64,000 bases of DNA from an uncultured Candidatus Saccharibacteria bacterium (lineage in GTDB: Bacteria > Patescibacteriota > Minisyncoccia > Phycocordibacterales > UBA918), in assembly GCA_964593375.1 (NCBI GenBank), contig CAZQIF010000002.1, forward strand, positions 7,197 through 71,196, read 5' to 3'. Made by a program: the position numbers and the translations under genes. The notes under the pieces are model-generated. The model saw nothing but the letters and a program-made list of their open reading frames with translations. It searched no databases and was not told the DNA's origin. Numbering within the stretch: position 1 is the first letter of the stretch; each line of letters starts with the position of its first letter. Below, piece after piece: positions 36,700-46,959 of the stretch.

Positions 36700-38334
36700 T
36701 TATTTTTTAAGAGTAAGCCAGATATGCTTGACGCCGATAACTTCATGACTGAGCACTTCAAAGCCAACACGTTCTGCCATTCGCATTGCTTCCTCTGGAG
36801 TATATGCTGCTCCATACGACCACTCCCAACGCCGTGCCCCCCTTCCTCCTCGTAACTGGACTTTTATAATACTGTCTTCTTTTGCAATGCGATAAAATTC
36901 TCTCATATACTCTTCAACAACCTTATGCGTGGGAATATGCTGAAGTACAAGGAATGAGAAAATAAAATCAAAATAATTATCAGGATACGGAAGTTTTCCT
37001 CCATCATAGTGTTCAAAACTCACATTCAAGTCATCAATACGTTTCTGAGCTTTTTGTATCATGGTTTCTGAGACATCAACCCCATGTACATTTTCAAAAT
37101 CACGTGCAAAGTAAATCGTCATACGACCAACACCACTTCCAAAATCAAGAGCGCGCTTCGTCTCAGGTTTTTTAATTATTCTTTCGAGAAGTGGGTCATG
37201 CGTAACATATCGTTCATAGTCTGATCTTCCAGTCTCATAAAGTTCTTTTTCGGTAACAGATTCACCTCCGACAGTCGTTGGATTAGCATAATAGAGAGCA
37301 TTTTCTTGAGCTTTTTCTTCCCAGAGTTCATTTGAACGAACAATTGAGCGGTCTGGAAAAACACTCATCATTGCGACAGGAATGAACCTTAACTCCTTTC
37401 GAGTCGTTTGTATGAACGGGATCTGATTAAAGGCAATCCACAGCGTTCGTATGAAGGTTCTGTCAATAAGTCTTTTCTCCCAGAAAGAGAACACTTTAGG
37501 AAGAGAGCTATACTTTTCTTGAATCACCTTATGGTGCTCATTTGAACTATATGCACCAATAAGAAGGTCAACATTCTTACCTTCTGCTTGATGGGCACCA
37601 ATAAAAGCTCGGGTATCTTTTGGTAAACAGTGGCCATCAAAAGCTTGACCGTATCTGAGATACATTTTTCGTTCTAGTACGAAATCAAGAACGCGCTCAA
37701 TCTTCAAGATGTCCTCTTTTGTCCTCGGTGTACCCATGCTGTCTCCCATTTCGTTCACAAATGCAATGCGAATGGTATTCCACAAATTTGACAGGTACTT
37801 AATGTATGAAGCCTCCTCAGGTGTTCCTTTGAAAGTTCTGTATGACCTTCGTTCCCAATCTCGAAGAAATGAAGGAGCTTCAATCTTGCTTCGGTTTCCT
37901 AAAACAAAATAAAATGGATTGAGACATTCATCAACAGCATTCTTTTCGTGAAGGAATTCTGGAACATACATATCAAAAGATAGTTCTTTTAGTTTTTGGG
38001 GCAAAACAGTGGACCGAAGAATGACTCTCCCCTTTAGGGTTCTTAGTGAGTCGGTTGCTTTTTTAATCAGTGATATGTCTTGTTCACGCTCTTCAGATAC
38101 ACGATCACCAACACAAACTATGTACCACGTCTCAGGACTATCGATATCAGTCAATGAAAAGATTCGCTCAACCTTCTCATAAGGTTCACCGTCATTTGCA
38201 TAATGATTGTTAATTGTCTCGGCTGGGTCATAAAATTTAACAGAATAACCCATTTTAACGAGCGATAACGCATTTGCCTGCCCAATCCACCCATATCCAA
38301 CAACAACGATTTTCTCCTTTTTTTCAGTATTCAT
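36700..38334 (-). CDS. Fusion of UDP-glucose/GDP-mannose dehydrogenase (NAD and central domains) with a class I methyltransferase
   Basis: VGYGWIG, RSTVLP, PEFLHE, KYLSN, GHCLPKD; then LDFGSGVGR, GVDVSETMI, FDFIFSFLVLQH. Confidence 0.85.
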   Translation of the reverse strand: MNTEKKEKIVVVGYGWIGQANALSLVKMGYSVKFYDPAETINNHYANDGEPYEKVERIFSLTDIDSPETWYIVCVGDRVSEEREQDISLIKKATDSLRTLKGRVILRSTVLPQKLKELSFDMYVPEFLHEKNAVDECLNPFYFVLGNRSKIEAPSFLRDWERRSYRTFKGTPEEASYIKYLSNLWNTIRIAFVNEMGDSMGTPRTKEDILKIERVLDFVLERKMYLRYGQAFDGHCLPKDTRAFIGAHQAEGKNVDLLIGAYSSNEHHKVIQEKYSSLPKVFSFWEKRLIDRTFIRTLWIAFNQIPFIQTTRKELRFIPVAMMSVFPDRSIVRSNELWEEKAQENALYYANPTTVGGESVTEKELYETGRSDYERYVTHDPLLERIIKKPETKRALDFGSGVGRMTIYFARDFENVHGVDVSETMIQKAQKRIDDLNVSFEHYDGGKLPYPDNYFDFIFSFLVLQHIPTHKVVEEYMREFYRIAKEDSIIKVQLRGGRGARRWEWSYGAAYTPEEAMRMAERVGFEVLSHEVIGVKHIWLTLKK

Positions 38335-38545
38335 GTGATGGTATAAAATTGGTATTTTCGCTAACGCCTTAGATACTAATGTTTTTCTCTGAAAAAATCC
38401 ACTTTTGGGAAATATCGAATCTAGTGGATACTGTTTATTACCTAAGGATAATTAGAAAGGTTGTATACATACTTTGTGGCTATCTGCCCAACAGCGAATA
38501 GGTCTTGTTTGTATTGATACAATTGAAACGGTATACTTTCCCTGC

Positions 38546-39544
38546 ATGTTTACAGAACATATTCAGCATCTTATCTGCACAAAGTGTAAATCAACACTCT
38601 CCATTGCAGACTCAATAAAGGTTCACGCGAAAAAGATTGAGGAGGGAGACCTTGTATGCTCTCAGTGCAACACAAAATTCCCAATCATTCGAGGAATACC
38701 TCGATTCGTCCCACTCGACCACTATACGCAAGCGTTTGGTTATCAGTGGCTCCAACACGCAAAAACACAATACGACAGTTTTACAGGGATGCCAGTATCA
38801 GAAAATCGAATCCGTATCGAAACAAAATGGCCAGAAAAACTACCCGGTGAAAAAATTCTTGAAGTTGGATCTGGTTCTGGTCGGTACACAGAGCAACTCA
38901 TTAAGAATGGTGCCCTTATCGTTTCGTTCGATGCAAGTGTTGCCGTTGAGGCGAATTATGAAGCCCACGGAAATAACCCAGCAGTGCTTATTGTACAAGC
39001 AGACATCTATAACCTTCCTTTCAGAGATGCCTATTTCGACAAACTTCTTTGTTTTGGAGTGTTGCAACATACTCCGGATCCTAAAAAATCAATTCTTTCC
39101 ATCGTTTCCAAAGTTCGTCCTGGGGGCAAGTGCGCGATGGATATTTATCGAAAACACCGCTGGTACAGACAGATATGGAATACACGTTTCTGGGTTCGTC
39201 CTTTTGTAAAAAAAATGAAACCTGAACGTCTCTATTTACTTTGCACTCGATATATCAACTTCATGTGGCCCCTTGCATGTCTTATTACACGTCTCCCATA
39301 TGGACGTTCTATAAACCAAAAATTGCTTGTTCCAGAACTCATCACTTCATGGAGATATGAACAGTTTTCAAACGCCCAACATAAACAGTGGGCACTTCTT
39401 CATCTTTTTGACTGGCTTAATCCAACCTATGACAAACCTCAGAACATTGAAACATTCCATACATGGTTAAATGAGGCAGGTCTTGTAGATGTGGAAACAA
39501 ATATTGGGTATTCAGGGCTAGAGGGCAGAGGTGTGCGAAAATAA
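38546..39544 (+). CDS. Methyltransferase with N-terminal Trm112-like Zn-ribbon
   Basis: LICTKCK..LVCSQCNTKFPIIRGIPRF, AFGYQW, LEVGSGSGR, FGVLQHTPDP. Confidence 0.87.
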   Translation: MFTEHIQHLICTKCKSTLSIADSIKVHAKKIEEGDLVCSQCNTKFPIIRGIPRFVPLDHYTQAFGYQWLQHAKTQYDSFTGMPVSENRIRIETKWPEKLPGEKILEVGSGSGRYTEQLIKNGALIVSFDASVAVEANYEAHGNNPAVLIVQADIYNLPFRDAYFDKLLCFGVLQHTPDPKKSILSIVSKVRPGGKCAMDIYRKHRWYRQIWNTRFWVRPFVKKMKPERLYLLCTRYINFMWPLACLITRLPYGRSINQKLLVPELITSWRYEQFSNAQHKQWALLHLFDWLNPTYDKPQNIETFHTWLNEAGLVDVETNIGYSGLEGRGVRK

Positions 39545-39572
39545 TCCGTATACTTTAAAGACCAAATTTTAT

Positions 39573-40715
39573 TTATACTATTTTCTCCAATATGCGCTTG
39601 GCTCGTGAATCCCAGGCAAATCGTTGGACCTGTACAATGGCTCTCTGTTTCATTTCTTCGAATGTGCTTTCTTTCTCAAGAGCCAGCATCATTGCATCTT
39701 GGAGTGATTTTTGATCCCCAGGTCTAACAAACAAAACCATGCTTTCATCGACAATTTCACGTACAGAGGGAAGATCACTTGTTATAACTATCTTATTACT
39801 TGCAATATACGCAAAAAGCTTTGTTGGAGACATGAAGTTCCTATAATGCTCAGTATCAGGATAATTCATAATGAGAAAATCTACAGACTGAACATACGAT
39901 GCAAAATCTTTTTGGACCAATGGAAGAAGTGTGAAATCTTCCTTCATTAGGCCCAAACTAAGGCATGCTGATTGTAAAAGTTCTATCTCAAGAGTTTCTA
40001 AGCCTGCTATAAGTAGATGTGTGTTGTGCATTAATGCATGGAGTTTAGCAAAGGCTTGAACTAGGTCATCAACTCCTTTTTCTTCTCCCATTGTTTTATA
40101 TTTTCCTATATATGCAAATATTTTTTTGTCTGTAGCTATTTCAAATCTTTTTCTAATATCAGTAACTGATTTGGTATCTGTAAACTGCTCGAGATTCACA
40201 CCACTTGGTTCAACAACAATATCTTCTCGCCCCGTGTTTTCTTTGTAATGAGTTCGGAGGCCGTCGGTAATACAAACAACCAAGTTTGCCTTCCGAACCA
40301 CGTAATGCACAAACACATTGTTATATGTTTTATGGGCTTCAAGTACAGTCTTTTTCTTTGTATGAAATAGTATTGGCAACAGTATCATCCAGGGGTCACG
40401 GGTATAAAGAACGTCAACATTTCCTGTGTTTCTCAAACTAAGAAGAACGGCAAACATTTGTGAAAGTCTAGCGATGTAAAAACCAAATTTTCCAAGATTT
40501 GGGTAAAAATCTATTGAGCGCATTGTATTTATATGAAATATTTTTTCTACTCCATAAAAATCAAAAGCATTATCAGTAATATAATTTTTCCGAAATGGGC
40601 GAAGTAATGTTACCCCGTTTCCCGCCTTAGCAAATGCTTCACATTGCCTCATGATTGCAAGACCTGAGGCCTTTTCATTAGGTATTCGAACACTTGCAAG
40701 ATAGAGAATATTCAT
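39573..40715 (-). CDS. Glycosyltransferase family 4
   Basis: PSGVNLEQF, EKGVDDL, MSPTKLFAYIAS, SDLPSVREI, FAWDSRA. Confidence 0.88.
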   Translation of the reverse strand: MNILYLASVRIPNEKASGLAIMRQCEAFAKAGNGVTLLRPFRKNYITDNAFDFYGVEKIFHINTMRSIDFYPNLGKFGFYIARLSQMFAVLLSLRNTGNVDVLYTRDPWMILLPILFHTKKKTVLEAHKTYNNVFVHYVVRKANLVVCITDGLRTHYKENTGREDIVVEPSGVNLEQFTDTKSVTDIRKRFEIATDKKIFAYIGKYKTMGEEKGVDDLVQAFAKLHALMHNTHLLIAGLETLEIELLQSACLSLGLMKEDFTLLPLVQKDFASYVQSVDFLIMNYPDTEHYRNFMSPTKLFAYIASNKIVITSDLPSVREIVDESMVLFVRPGDQKSLQDAMMLALEKESTFEEMKQRAIVQVQRFAWDSRAKRILEKIV

Positions 40716-40739
40716 AAAATTAAATATCTACAACAAGAT

Positions 40740-41390
40740 TTATTTCTTTTCCGCTGAAACAAAATATCCAAGTGGAACTCTTACTTTGATGAATGCATAA
40801 CGACGTGAAAAACGAGAAAGTATTTTGTCTGTACCCATCGCAATATTTTTGAAGAGCATTTTGAGAGGCATCGTTGGGATGCTTCCTCCAAATGTTTGAA
40901 ATATAACTGAACATGGGCCATCACCAAGTTCTGTTACTACTATATCGGTAAATCCCTGCTCGCTAAGTAAGCGTTCGAGTGTTGCTCGTGTGTAGCGAAA
41001 ATAGTCGTCTGGGGAACCGTGAATGTTGAAGAAAAAAGGTACTGAAAGATATATATGTCCGCCCTTTTTTAAAATTCGGAAAGATTCACTGAGAAGGTTC
41101 TGATAATTAAATATATGCTCCATAACATTAATACAGAGGACATTATCAAATGATGCGTCAGGGAGTGGAAACGGCTTTTCAAAATCAAACACATGTTCAG
41201 CTTGTGAAGGAGCTTTATGTGTTCCACTTTGTTCAATGTCAAAATTGGCCACCTCAATTGGCTGTTCTGATTTGAGAAGTGAAAAGTAGCTTGAGCCTTT
41301 GTGACCACCCAAATCAATTACACGACCAATGAGTTGTAGTTTTGCTAATTCGGTATCTTCTTTAGTTCGTAGGATTGAGTAGGTTCTCAT
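40740..41390 (-). CDS. Class I methyltransferase (type 11-like)
   Basis: VIDLGG, FPLPDASFDNVLCINVMEH, VPFFFNIHGSPDDYFRYT. Confidence 0.85.
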   Translation of the reverse strand: MRTYSILRTKEDTELAKLQLIGRVIDLGGHKGSSYFSLLKSEQPIEVANFDIEQSGTHKAPSQAEHVFDFEKPFPLPDASFDNVLCINVMEHIFNYQNLLSESFRILKKGGHIYLSVPFFFNIHGSPDDYFRYTRATLERLLSEQGFTDIVVTELGDGPCSVIFQTFGGSIPTMPLKMLFKNIAMGTDKILSRFSRRYAFIKVRVPLGYFVSAEKK

Positions 41391-42244
41391 GTAAGATTAT
41401 TTTTTGTTTCAATTTCCCCATACACTCCACACACAAGGTCTTTGTCTTTTTGTGTCGCTTTAAGAAGTGCGAGATTTTTTTCTTCCATTGCGCCGAGAAC
41501 TTTAATACCCAATGAATCATCAGGACAAAGTTCACGATACATGCGTGAAAATGCCGCCATATCCTTAATGAAACAGTGCCCCCCTGCCCCGCGACCACTT
41601 TTGTGAATTGGTGAGTTGTAGTATGGCGACATCATGGGATCAATGTTCATGATTTCCTCAACCTGTGTCCACTCGACACCGAGCGTCTGTGCAGTGTCAT
41701 AAAAAATGTTTGAGAACACAACGCGCATAAATCCATGGATATTGTGGGTGTATTTGAAGAGCTCTGCTGCCTCAGTGGATACGATGAAAGAATGGCCACT
41801 TTTTGGAAGAAGGTTCATAACTATTTCTGCAGCGGTACGATGTCCTGCAGAATCGGGTGGTACACCAACAATATTGAACATCGGGTTCGCTGCGTCACGC
41901 GCTGCAGTAGCTTCACATAAAAATTCAGGTGAGAAAAGCAATACGATGTTCGGATATGTTGCCTGAAGTTTTTTTGTTGTTCCGGGGAGTAGTGTTGATT
42001 TAATAACTGCAATCTTTCCTTCCCCCACAAGGCTGAGTGACCTTTCGACAATACTGTAATCAAATCCTTTGGGTGTTGAGGGGGTTGGCACTGCAATAAA
42101 AACAACATCGCATGTTTTTATAAAATCTTTGTTGCCAATATATTCTGTTTCGAGTGAGTAGCGAATTACTTCATATCCACGATTTTCAAAATCATTCGCA
42201 TAATTTTTTCCAATATATCCTTGTCCGATGAATCCTATTTTCAT
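41387..42244 (-). CDS. ugd: UDP-glucose 6-dehydrogenase, short form lacking the C-terminal domain
   Basis: IGQGYIG, FIAVPTP, KSTLLPGTT, SPEFL, AELFKY, GAGGHCFIKD; only 285 aa. Confidence 0.8.
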   Translation of the reverse strand: MKIGFIGQGYIGKNYANDFENRGYEVIRYSLETEYIGNKDFIKTCDVVFIAVPTPSTPKGFDYSIVERSLSLVGEGKIAVIKSTLLPGTTKKLQATYPNIVLLFSPEFLCEATAARDAANPMFNIVGVPPDSAGHRTAAEIVMNLLPKSGHSFIVSTEAAELFKYTHNIHGFMRVVFSNIFYDTAQTLGVEWTQVEEIMNIDPMMSPYYNSPIHKSGRGAGGHCFIKDMAAFSRMYRELCPDDSLGIKVLGAMEEKNLALLKATQKDKDLVCGVYGEIETKNNLT

Positions 42245-42345
42245 TTCGTGAAGTTTAAGTTTTATATTTGATTAAACGCGCAATCTCAAAGAGAAGTTGC
42301 TATAGTATAGCCATAATCAATAATAATTCCATATATTTCAAGCAC

Positions 42346-43095
42346 ATGAGACCATTTTCAAGCCTAGATTACGAACATTTTTATCAACGAGTTCTGCGTG
42401 TCATTTTTTCTTTTATACACCGAGCGCTTCGGGGCCTTGCAAACAATCTGCTACATAAGGATGTAATCAAGCCACGTGAATTCAGTAATGCAATCCTCAG
42501 ATACTATGCGCCTCTTTTTACGGGCAAAATTATAAATGTCTCAGGGTGGAAAGATGGTGACTTTGAAAATGGATTTTATGCAACCTACTTTCAAAATGCA
42601 ACAAACTATTATGTTTCAAACGCTCCAACCTCAAGTAAGGGCATTGGTTCACTCGAATCTGAAATTGCAATTGATCTTTCGAAACCAATCGATGTTACTT
42701 TGCACAAGCAGTTTGATGTCGTCTTTAATCACACTACACTCGAACATATTTTTGAGTTAGAGATGGCATTTAAAAATCTGTGCGACCTTAGTAAGGATGT
42801 TGTCATTCTTGTTGTTCCTACCCTTCAACATATACACTTCAATGATGGCTTTGGCGACTACAACAGACTCACCCCGATGGGCATCGTGAAATATTTTGAA
42901 AAGAATGATTTTGTAACAATCGTCCTTCAATCAAACGAACAACAGTTTTCTCCCATATACTGTTTTGCAATCGCTGTACGAAAAGGCTCAAAGTATATGG
43001 GGCTCATAGAAAAGAATTTAGACTTTAGTATGGGAGGAGAGCTATACGGATCTAAAATAAAAACAGAGCACATCAAAACACACGTTGGTGTTTGA
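42346..43095 (+). CDS. Methyltransferase-like protein
   Basis: IDLSKP..QFDVVFNHTTLEHIFE..LVVP..H..GDYNRLTP. Confidence 0.7.
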   Translation: MRPFSSLDYEHFYQRVLRVIFSFIHRALRGLANNLLHKDVIKPREFSNAILRYYAPLFTGKIINVSGWKDGDFENGFYATYFQNATNYYVSNAPTSSKGIGSLESEIAIDLSKPIDVTLHKQFDVVFNHTTLEHIFELEMAFKNLCDLSKDVVILVVPTLQHIHFNDGFGDYNRLTPMGIVKYFEKNDFVTIVLQSNEQQFSPIYCFAIAVRKGSKYMGLIEKNLDFSMGGELYGSKIKTEHIKTHVGV

Positions 43096-43115
43096 TGGTG
43101 AATGCCAATTCGGGA

Positions 43116-44951
43116 TTACTTTAATCCAACATTGTGTTCCCTTGCCCAAATTTGAAGGGCCAGAATGTTCCATAGAGGATACAAATAATACCCTCTTTTC
43201 TCGACGTGCGCATCCAGTATCTCCTGCACCTTCTCCCAATCAAATAATCCGTCGAGACCATCATAATAACTCGATGAAAAGACGTTCTTAGCAAGCTTGT
43301 TAATAATGGGGTCGCGGAACCACTTTGCAGCTGGTGAAAGCCAGCCTCGCTTTGGTTCGCTATAGAGGTGTGGGGGAAGGTACTTTTTGTAGGCACTTCG
43401 AATAATACGCTTGCCTTGGTGTGGTAATACTTTCTTCCATATTGAAAGCTCATCAGCCATACGCACCACATCGTTATCGAGGAGTGGAATACGAAGTTCA
43501 AGTCCGTGCGCCATCGAAGCATAATCTGAGCGGATAAAGCATTCGTCCGGAAGCCAGGTACGACGGTCGACGTTCATAAATACATCGAGCGGGTGTATGC
43601 CTTTAAACATAGGGTCAGCATAGAGTGAATCAAAATACTTTGTCACATTTTGATTGATGGGAAGGTCACGAGTGAGAAACGGTCGAATCTTTTTCTCATC
43701 TTTCACCATGAGTGCACGGTGGAGTGGCGTGAAAAATGGTGTCGATAACTTTCCAATGCGTGGACTTACCTTCGCCCCAAGTTGCTGTACAAAGTTTGGT
43801 AATTGTTGATAGAGGTATGCCCCCATTGCAATACGATGACGCGTGTATCCCGCAAAGAGTTCATCACCTCCGTCTCCTCCGAGAGCAACCACCACCCCGT
43901 CTTTCCGCACAAAATCACTGAGAAGAAATTGCGTGAGTGCGGTTGAGTTTGCGATTGGTTCACTCACCGATGCGAGCATGTTTTCGGCATTACTCCGAAT
44001 ATCATCGAGCGTAATCGTGAGAATTTTGTGCTCCGTTCCATAAAACGCAGAGGTCCGCTTTGCGAGCTGTGCATCGGCATTAAATTTCACACTGTCATTC
44101 TCCTCCCCCTTCACTGCTTCAAAATCAACGGAATATGTTTTGGTGTGAGCTGAATATTTTGCCATGTGGTGCACCACAATACTCGAATCGAAACCGCCCG
44201 AAAGATAGGCACCAATGGGACGGTCGGACACCATCTGTCGCTCCACCGCCTGGTCGATGGTGTTATAAATTTGCTCTTCTGGAACAGGTTTTTTAAGAGG
44301 AAGTGGTTCGAGGTACGAGGCTATCGTAACGTTGCCGTTTTGATATCTTAGTAAATGCCCTGGTTGAAGTTTCGAAACACCCTCTATAAGCGACTGAGGC
44401 CCTGGAACATATTCCATACTAAGATAAAATCCGACACTCGTCATATCGAGCATTGGTTTTTCTTTAGCACAGAGAACCGCAGGCATCTCTGATGAGAATG
44501 CGAGCACTCCATTTTCTAAGCTGTAGTAGAGGGGTTTAATGCCCATGTGATCGCGTGCGAGAAGGAGTGTATTTTTTTGATTGTCCCAAAGACCAAATGC
44601 AAACATCCCGCGAAGCTTTGGGAACATCTCCTCACCCCACTTCGCATATGCAGCAATGAGCACCTCAGTGTCGCTCTGTGTGGTAAACGTGTAGCCATTC
44701 TCGAGTTCTGCGCGTAGCTCACGGTAATTATAAATTTCGCCGTTAAACACAATGACGTAGCGCCCATCGGTACTCTTCATGGGCTGAAGCGCAGCATCAG
44801 ACAGGTCGATGATGGCGAGTCGATTGTGACCGAGTGTGATGCCATTTCCACTCCATATGCGAGAACCATCGGGGCCACGATGACGCGTCGCCTCATTCAT
44901 GCGCTCTACAAGCACCTCATCATTTTTTGTGACACCGTTTATCGCGCACAT
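43116..44951 (-). CDS. asnB: Asparagine synthase (glutamine-hydrolysing) family amidotransferase
   Basis: N-terminal MCAING, HRGPD, RLAIIDL, FNGEIYNY, SDTEV, RDHMGIKPLYY, LSGGFDSS, GDGGDELFAGY, SMAHGLELRIP. Confidence 0.94.
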   Translation of the reverse strand: MCAINGVTKNDEVLVERMNEATRHRGPDGSRIWSGNGITLGHNRLAIIDLSDAALQPMKSTDGRYVIVFNGEIYNYRELRAELENGYTFTTQSDTEVLIAAYAKWGEEMFPKLRGMFAFGLWDNQKNTLLLARDHMGIKPLYYSLENGVLAFSSEMPAVLCAKEKPMLDMTSVGFYLSMEYVPGPQSLIEGVSKLQPGHLLRYQNGNVTIASYLEPLPLKKPVPEEQIYNTIDQAVERQMVSDRPIGAYLSGGFDSSIVVHHMAKYSAHTKTYSVDFEAVKGEENDSVKFNADAQLAKRTSAFYGTEHKILTITLDDIRSNAENMLASVSEPIANSTALTQFLLSDFVRKDGVVVALGGDGGDELFAGYTRHRIAMGAYLYQQLPNFVQQLGAKVSPRIGKLSTPFFTPLHRALMVKDEKKIRPFLTRDLPINQNVTKYFDSLYADPMFKGIHPLDVFMNVDRRTWLPDECFIRSDYASMAHGLELRIPLLDNDVVRMADELSIWKKVLPHQGKRIIRSAYKKYLPPHLYSEPKRGWLSPAAKWFRDPIINKLAKNVFSSSYYDGLDGLFDWEKVQEILDAHVEKRGYYLYPLWNILALQIWAREHNVGLK

Positions 44952-45763
44952 ATATTCTTTATCATTGAAAACAAATCAAATCCTCCCTCAACCCATCGCC
45001 TCAGTTGCTTTGGTGAGAGACCTGTCTCTATACACATACGTGGAATCATAAAAGTTTCTCCCTTGGGCACAAATCGACTGATGGCGGTGTATGCGCGCTT
45101 ATATCCCGCATCACGAACGGTGAGTATCACCTCAGCATTCATGTGGCGTGGTGTACCGAACGGGTACGCAAAATCAGTGAGAGATTGACTGAGTTGTCCT
45201 TCCAGTATTCGCTTGTCATCAGTGATTTCTCGCTCAAGTTCAGTGTCTTGTAGCCGAGTCAGATTTGCGTGCGTGCGTGCGTGACCACCAATGGTTTGTC
45301 CGCTATGTGCCAGCGTTCGTACTCCCTTCCACGACAGTGCGCACTTTGGAGTAATGAGCAGATTTTCTTTCATAAATGTATCAGCCCGGGGTTCATCCTC
45401 GGCAACATCAATAAGTCCTGAGTTTATGAAAAAAATTCCTTTGACCCCGTACTTTCCTAAAACCGGGAGTGCAACATCCATCCATGACTGGTATCCATCA
45501 TCAAAGGTAACGAGGACATTTATTTTCTCTGCATCGAGTGCGTCCGTATAAAAATCTTCGGGTGAGATGACATTGTATGAACTTGTAAGCACCCCAATCA
45601 TTGATTCAAACCATTTAGCATCAGGGACATCGTGGAAGACAACGACGCGAACAAGTGGACCATTCCGCCGTACATATTTTCCGTACAACCAAGATTTTCC
45701 CGTTATCGATAAAAGAAAAATGATACTATTCCGAACGGTATGTTTTACGTTTTGAAATTGCAT
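44939..45763 (-). CDS. Polysaccharide deacetylase (NodB homology)
   Basis: VTFDDGY, IGGHARTHANL, FAYPFG. Confidence 0.88.
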   Translation of the reverse strand: MQFQNVKHTVRNSIIFLLSITGKSWLYGKYVRRNGPLVRVVVFHDVPDAKWFESMIGVLTSSYNVISPEDFYTDALDAEKINVLVTFDDGYQSWMDVALPVLGKYGVKGIFFINSGLIDVAEDEPRADTFMKENLLITPKCALSWKGVRTLAHSGQTIGGHARTHANLTRLQDTELEREITDDKRILEGQLSQSLTDFAYPFGTPRHMNAEVILTVRDAGYKRAYTAISRFVPKGETFMIPRMCIETGLSPKQLRRWVEGGFDLFSMIKNICAR

Positions 45764-45769
45764 GCTCGT

Positions 45770-46606
45770 TTATATATTCCACTCTTTTCGCATGTCACGC
45801 CCAAGTAGGGTACTCAATTGTGCAACATCGGCTCTAAAGTACTCCGCGAGAGCTTCCCTATTATATGGCTTACTTTCTTTATTTTTTGGGGACTCTTTTG
45901 TGTTCACGGAGCGAATCATATCTGGAATACCAAGCTTACGTACAAAATGAACAAACCGATCAAATCCGTGGCGACGGAGGAATTCTGCAATATGATGCAT
46001 TGCGCGTTCTGGCCCGATGAGTTTTGGCGTACGCGCAACATTGATTTCATCATTCACCATGCTCGAGACAAATGTGTCATCAACTCCTAAAAATTCATAG
46101 ATGCGCTTCATGAACGCTATGGGGTCTTTCCTGATATCTTCGTAGATAAGTATGAGCATTTGTTCCCGCGGGAATATTTTGAGATACCTCTCAAGTTGTT
46201 CTGTATAGAGCCCTTGTTTTCTCACACTCACTTCATCGCTCATGTATGTTTCGAATGAAACCGTTTCAGAAATATCACCCGCTTTAATGGTGTTTCGATA
46301 TTGTGAGTATGCACGGTCAATGGGGTTTCGTAGTATTGCAATAAGTTTTGCATTCGGGTAGCACGCATGTATGCGCTCAGGGGATTCTTCCGAATACAAG
46401 TATGAGGTTGAAAATTCTCCTCGAAGCAGACCTTCTTCACACTTCTTAAAATGTCCTTCGTACCACTCCTTTCCCTCCTCATACCTCGGTCGACTAAAAA
46501 AATGGATTTCTTTTACCGGTGCACAGATTTCTGGATGCTCATACAAACACGCATACGCCCATGACGTTCCTGACTTTTGTGCACCTACCCCGATGAAATC
46601 TACCAT
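45770..46606 (-). CDS. PAPS-dependent sulfotransferase
   Basis: 5'-PSB loop GAQKSGTS, KEIHFF, GEFSTSY, 3'-PB motif LRNPIDRAYSQY. Confidence 0.92.
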   Translation of the reverse strand: MVDFIGVGAQKSGTSWAYACLYEHPEICAPVKEIHFFSRPRYEEGKEWYEGHFKKCEEGLLRGEFSTSYLYSEESPERIHACYPNAKLIAILRNPIDRAYSQYRNTIKAGDISETVSFETYMSDEVSVRKQGLYTEQLERYLKIFPREQMLILIYEDIRKDPIAFMKRIYEFLGVDDTFVSSMVNDEINVARTPKLIGPERAMHHIAEFLRRHGFDRFVHFVRKLGIPDMIRSVNTKESPKNKESKPYNREALAEYFRADVAQLSTLLGRDMRKEWNI

Positions 46607-46633
46607 AGTAATCAATTTATCATATTAAACTTA

Positions 46634-46912
46634 CTAATTCCTTTTTGGTCTCGTCGTAAATCCGGTGAAATACGATTTGAGCCTTTTTTGAATAAACTGA
46701 CGGCCACGATATGTTTTGAAATACTTCTCTCGATGTATGGCATCATTCTCTTTTAAACATGCCTCATAGTAGATAAGTTGAAGTGGCCGTCGATTCATTG
46801 TTGATTCTACCCTACCTTTCTCATGTTCCTCAAATCGTCGAGCAAGGTCGTTGGTGTATCCATAGTAGAATTGATTGTCTTTTTTACTCTTGAGCACGTA
46901 CGTATAGAACAT
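46634..46912 (-). CDS. Small GIY-YIG nuclease family protein
   Basis: YTYVLKS..YYGYTNDLARRFEEH..LIYYEA..AIHREKYFK. Confidence 0.9.
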   Translation of the reverse strand: MFYTYVLKSKKDNQFYYGYTNDLARRFEEHEKGRVESTMNRRPLQLIYYEACLKENDAIHREKYFKTYRGRQFIQKRLKSYFTGFTTRPKRN

Positions 46913-46959
46913 ATTTGAAAGACCTTGCTATTTCACTGGGCAGGCCCCAATAAAATCTA

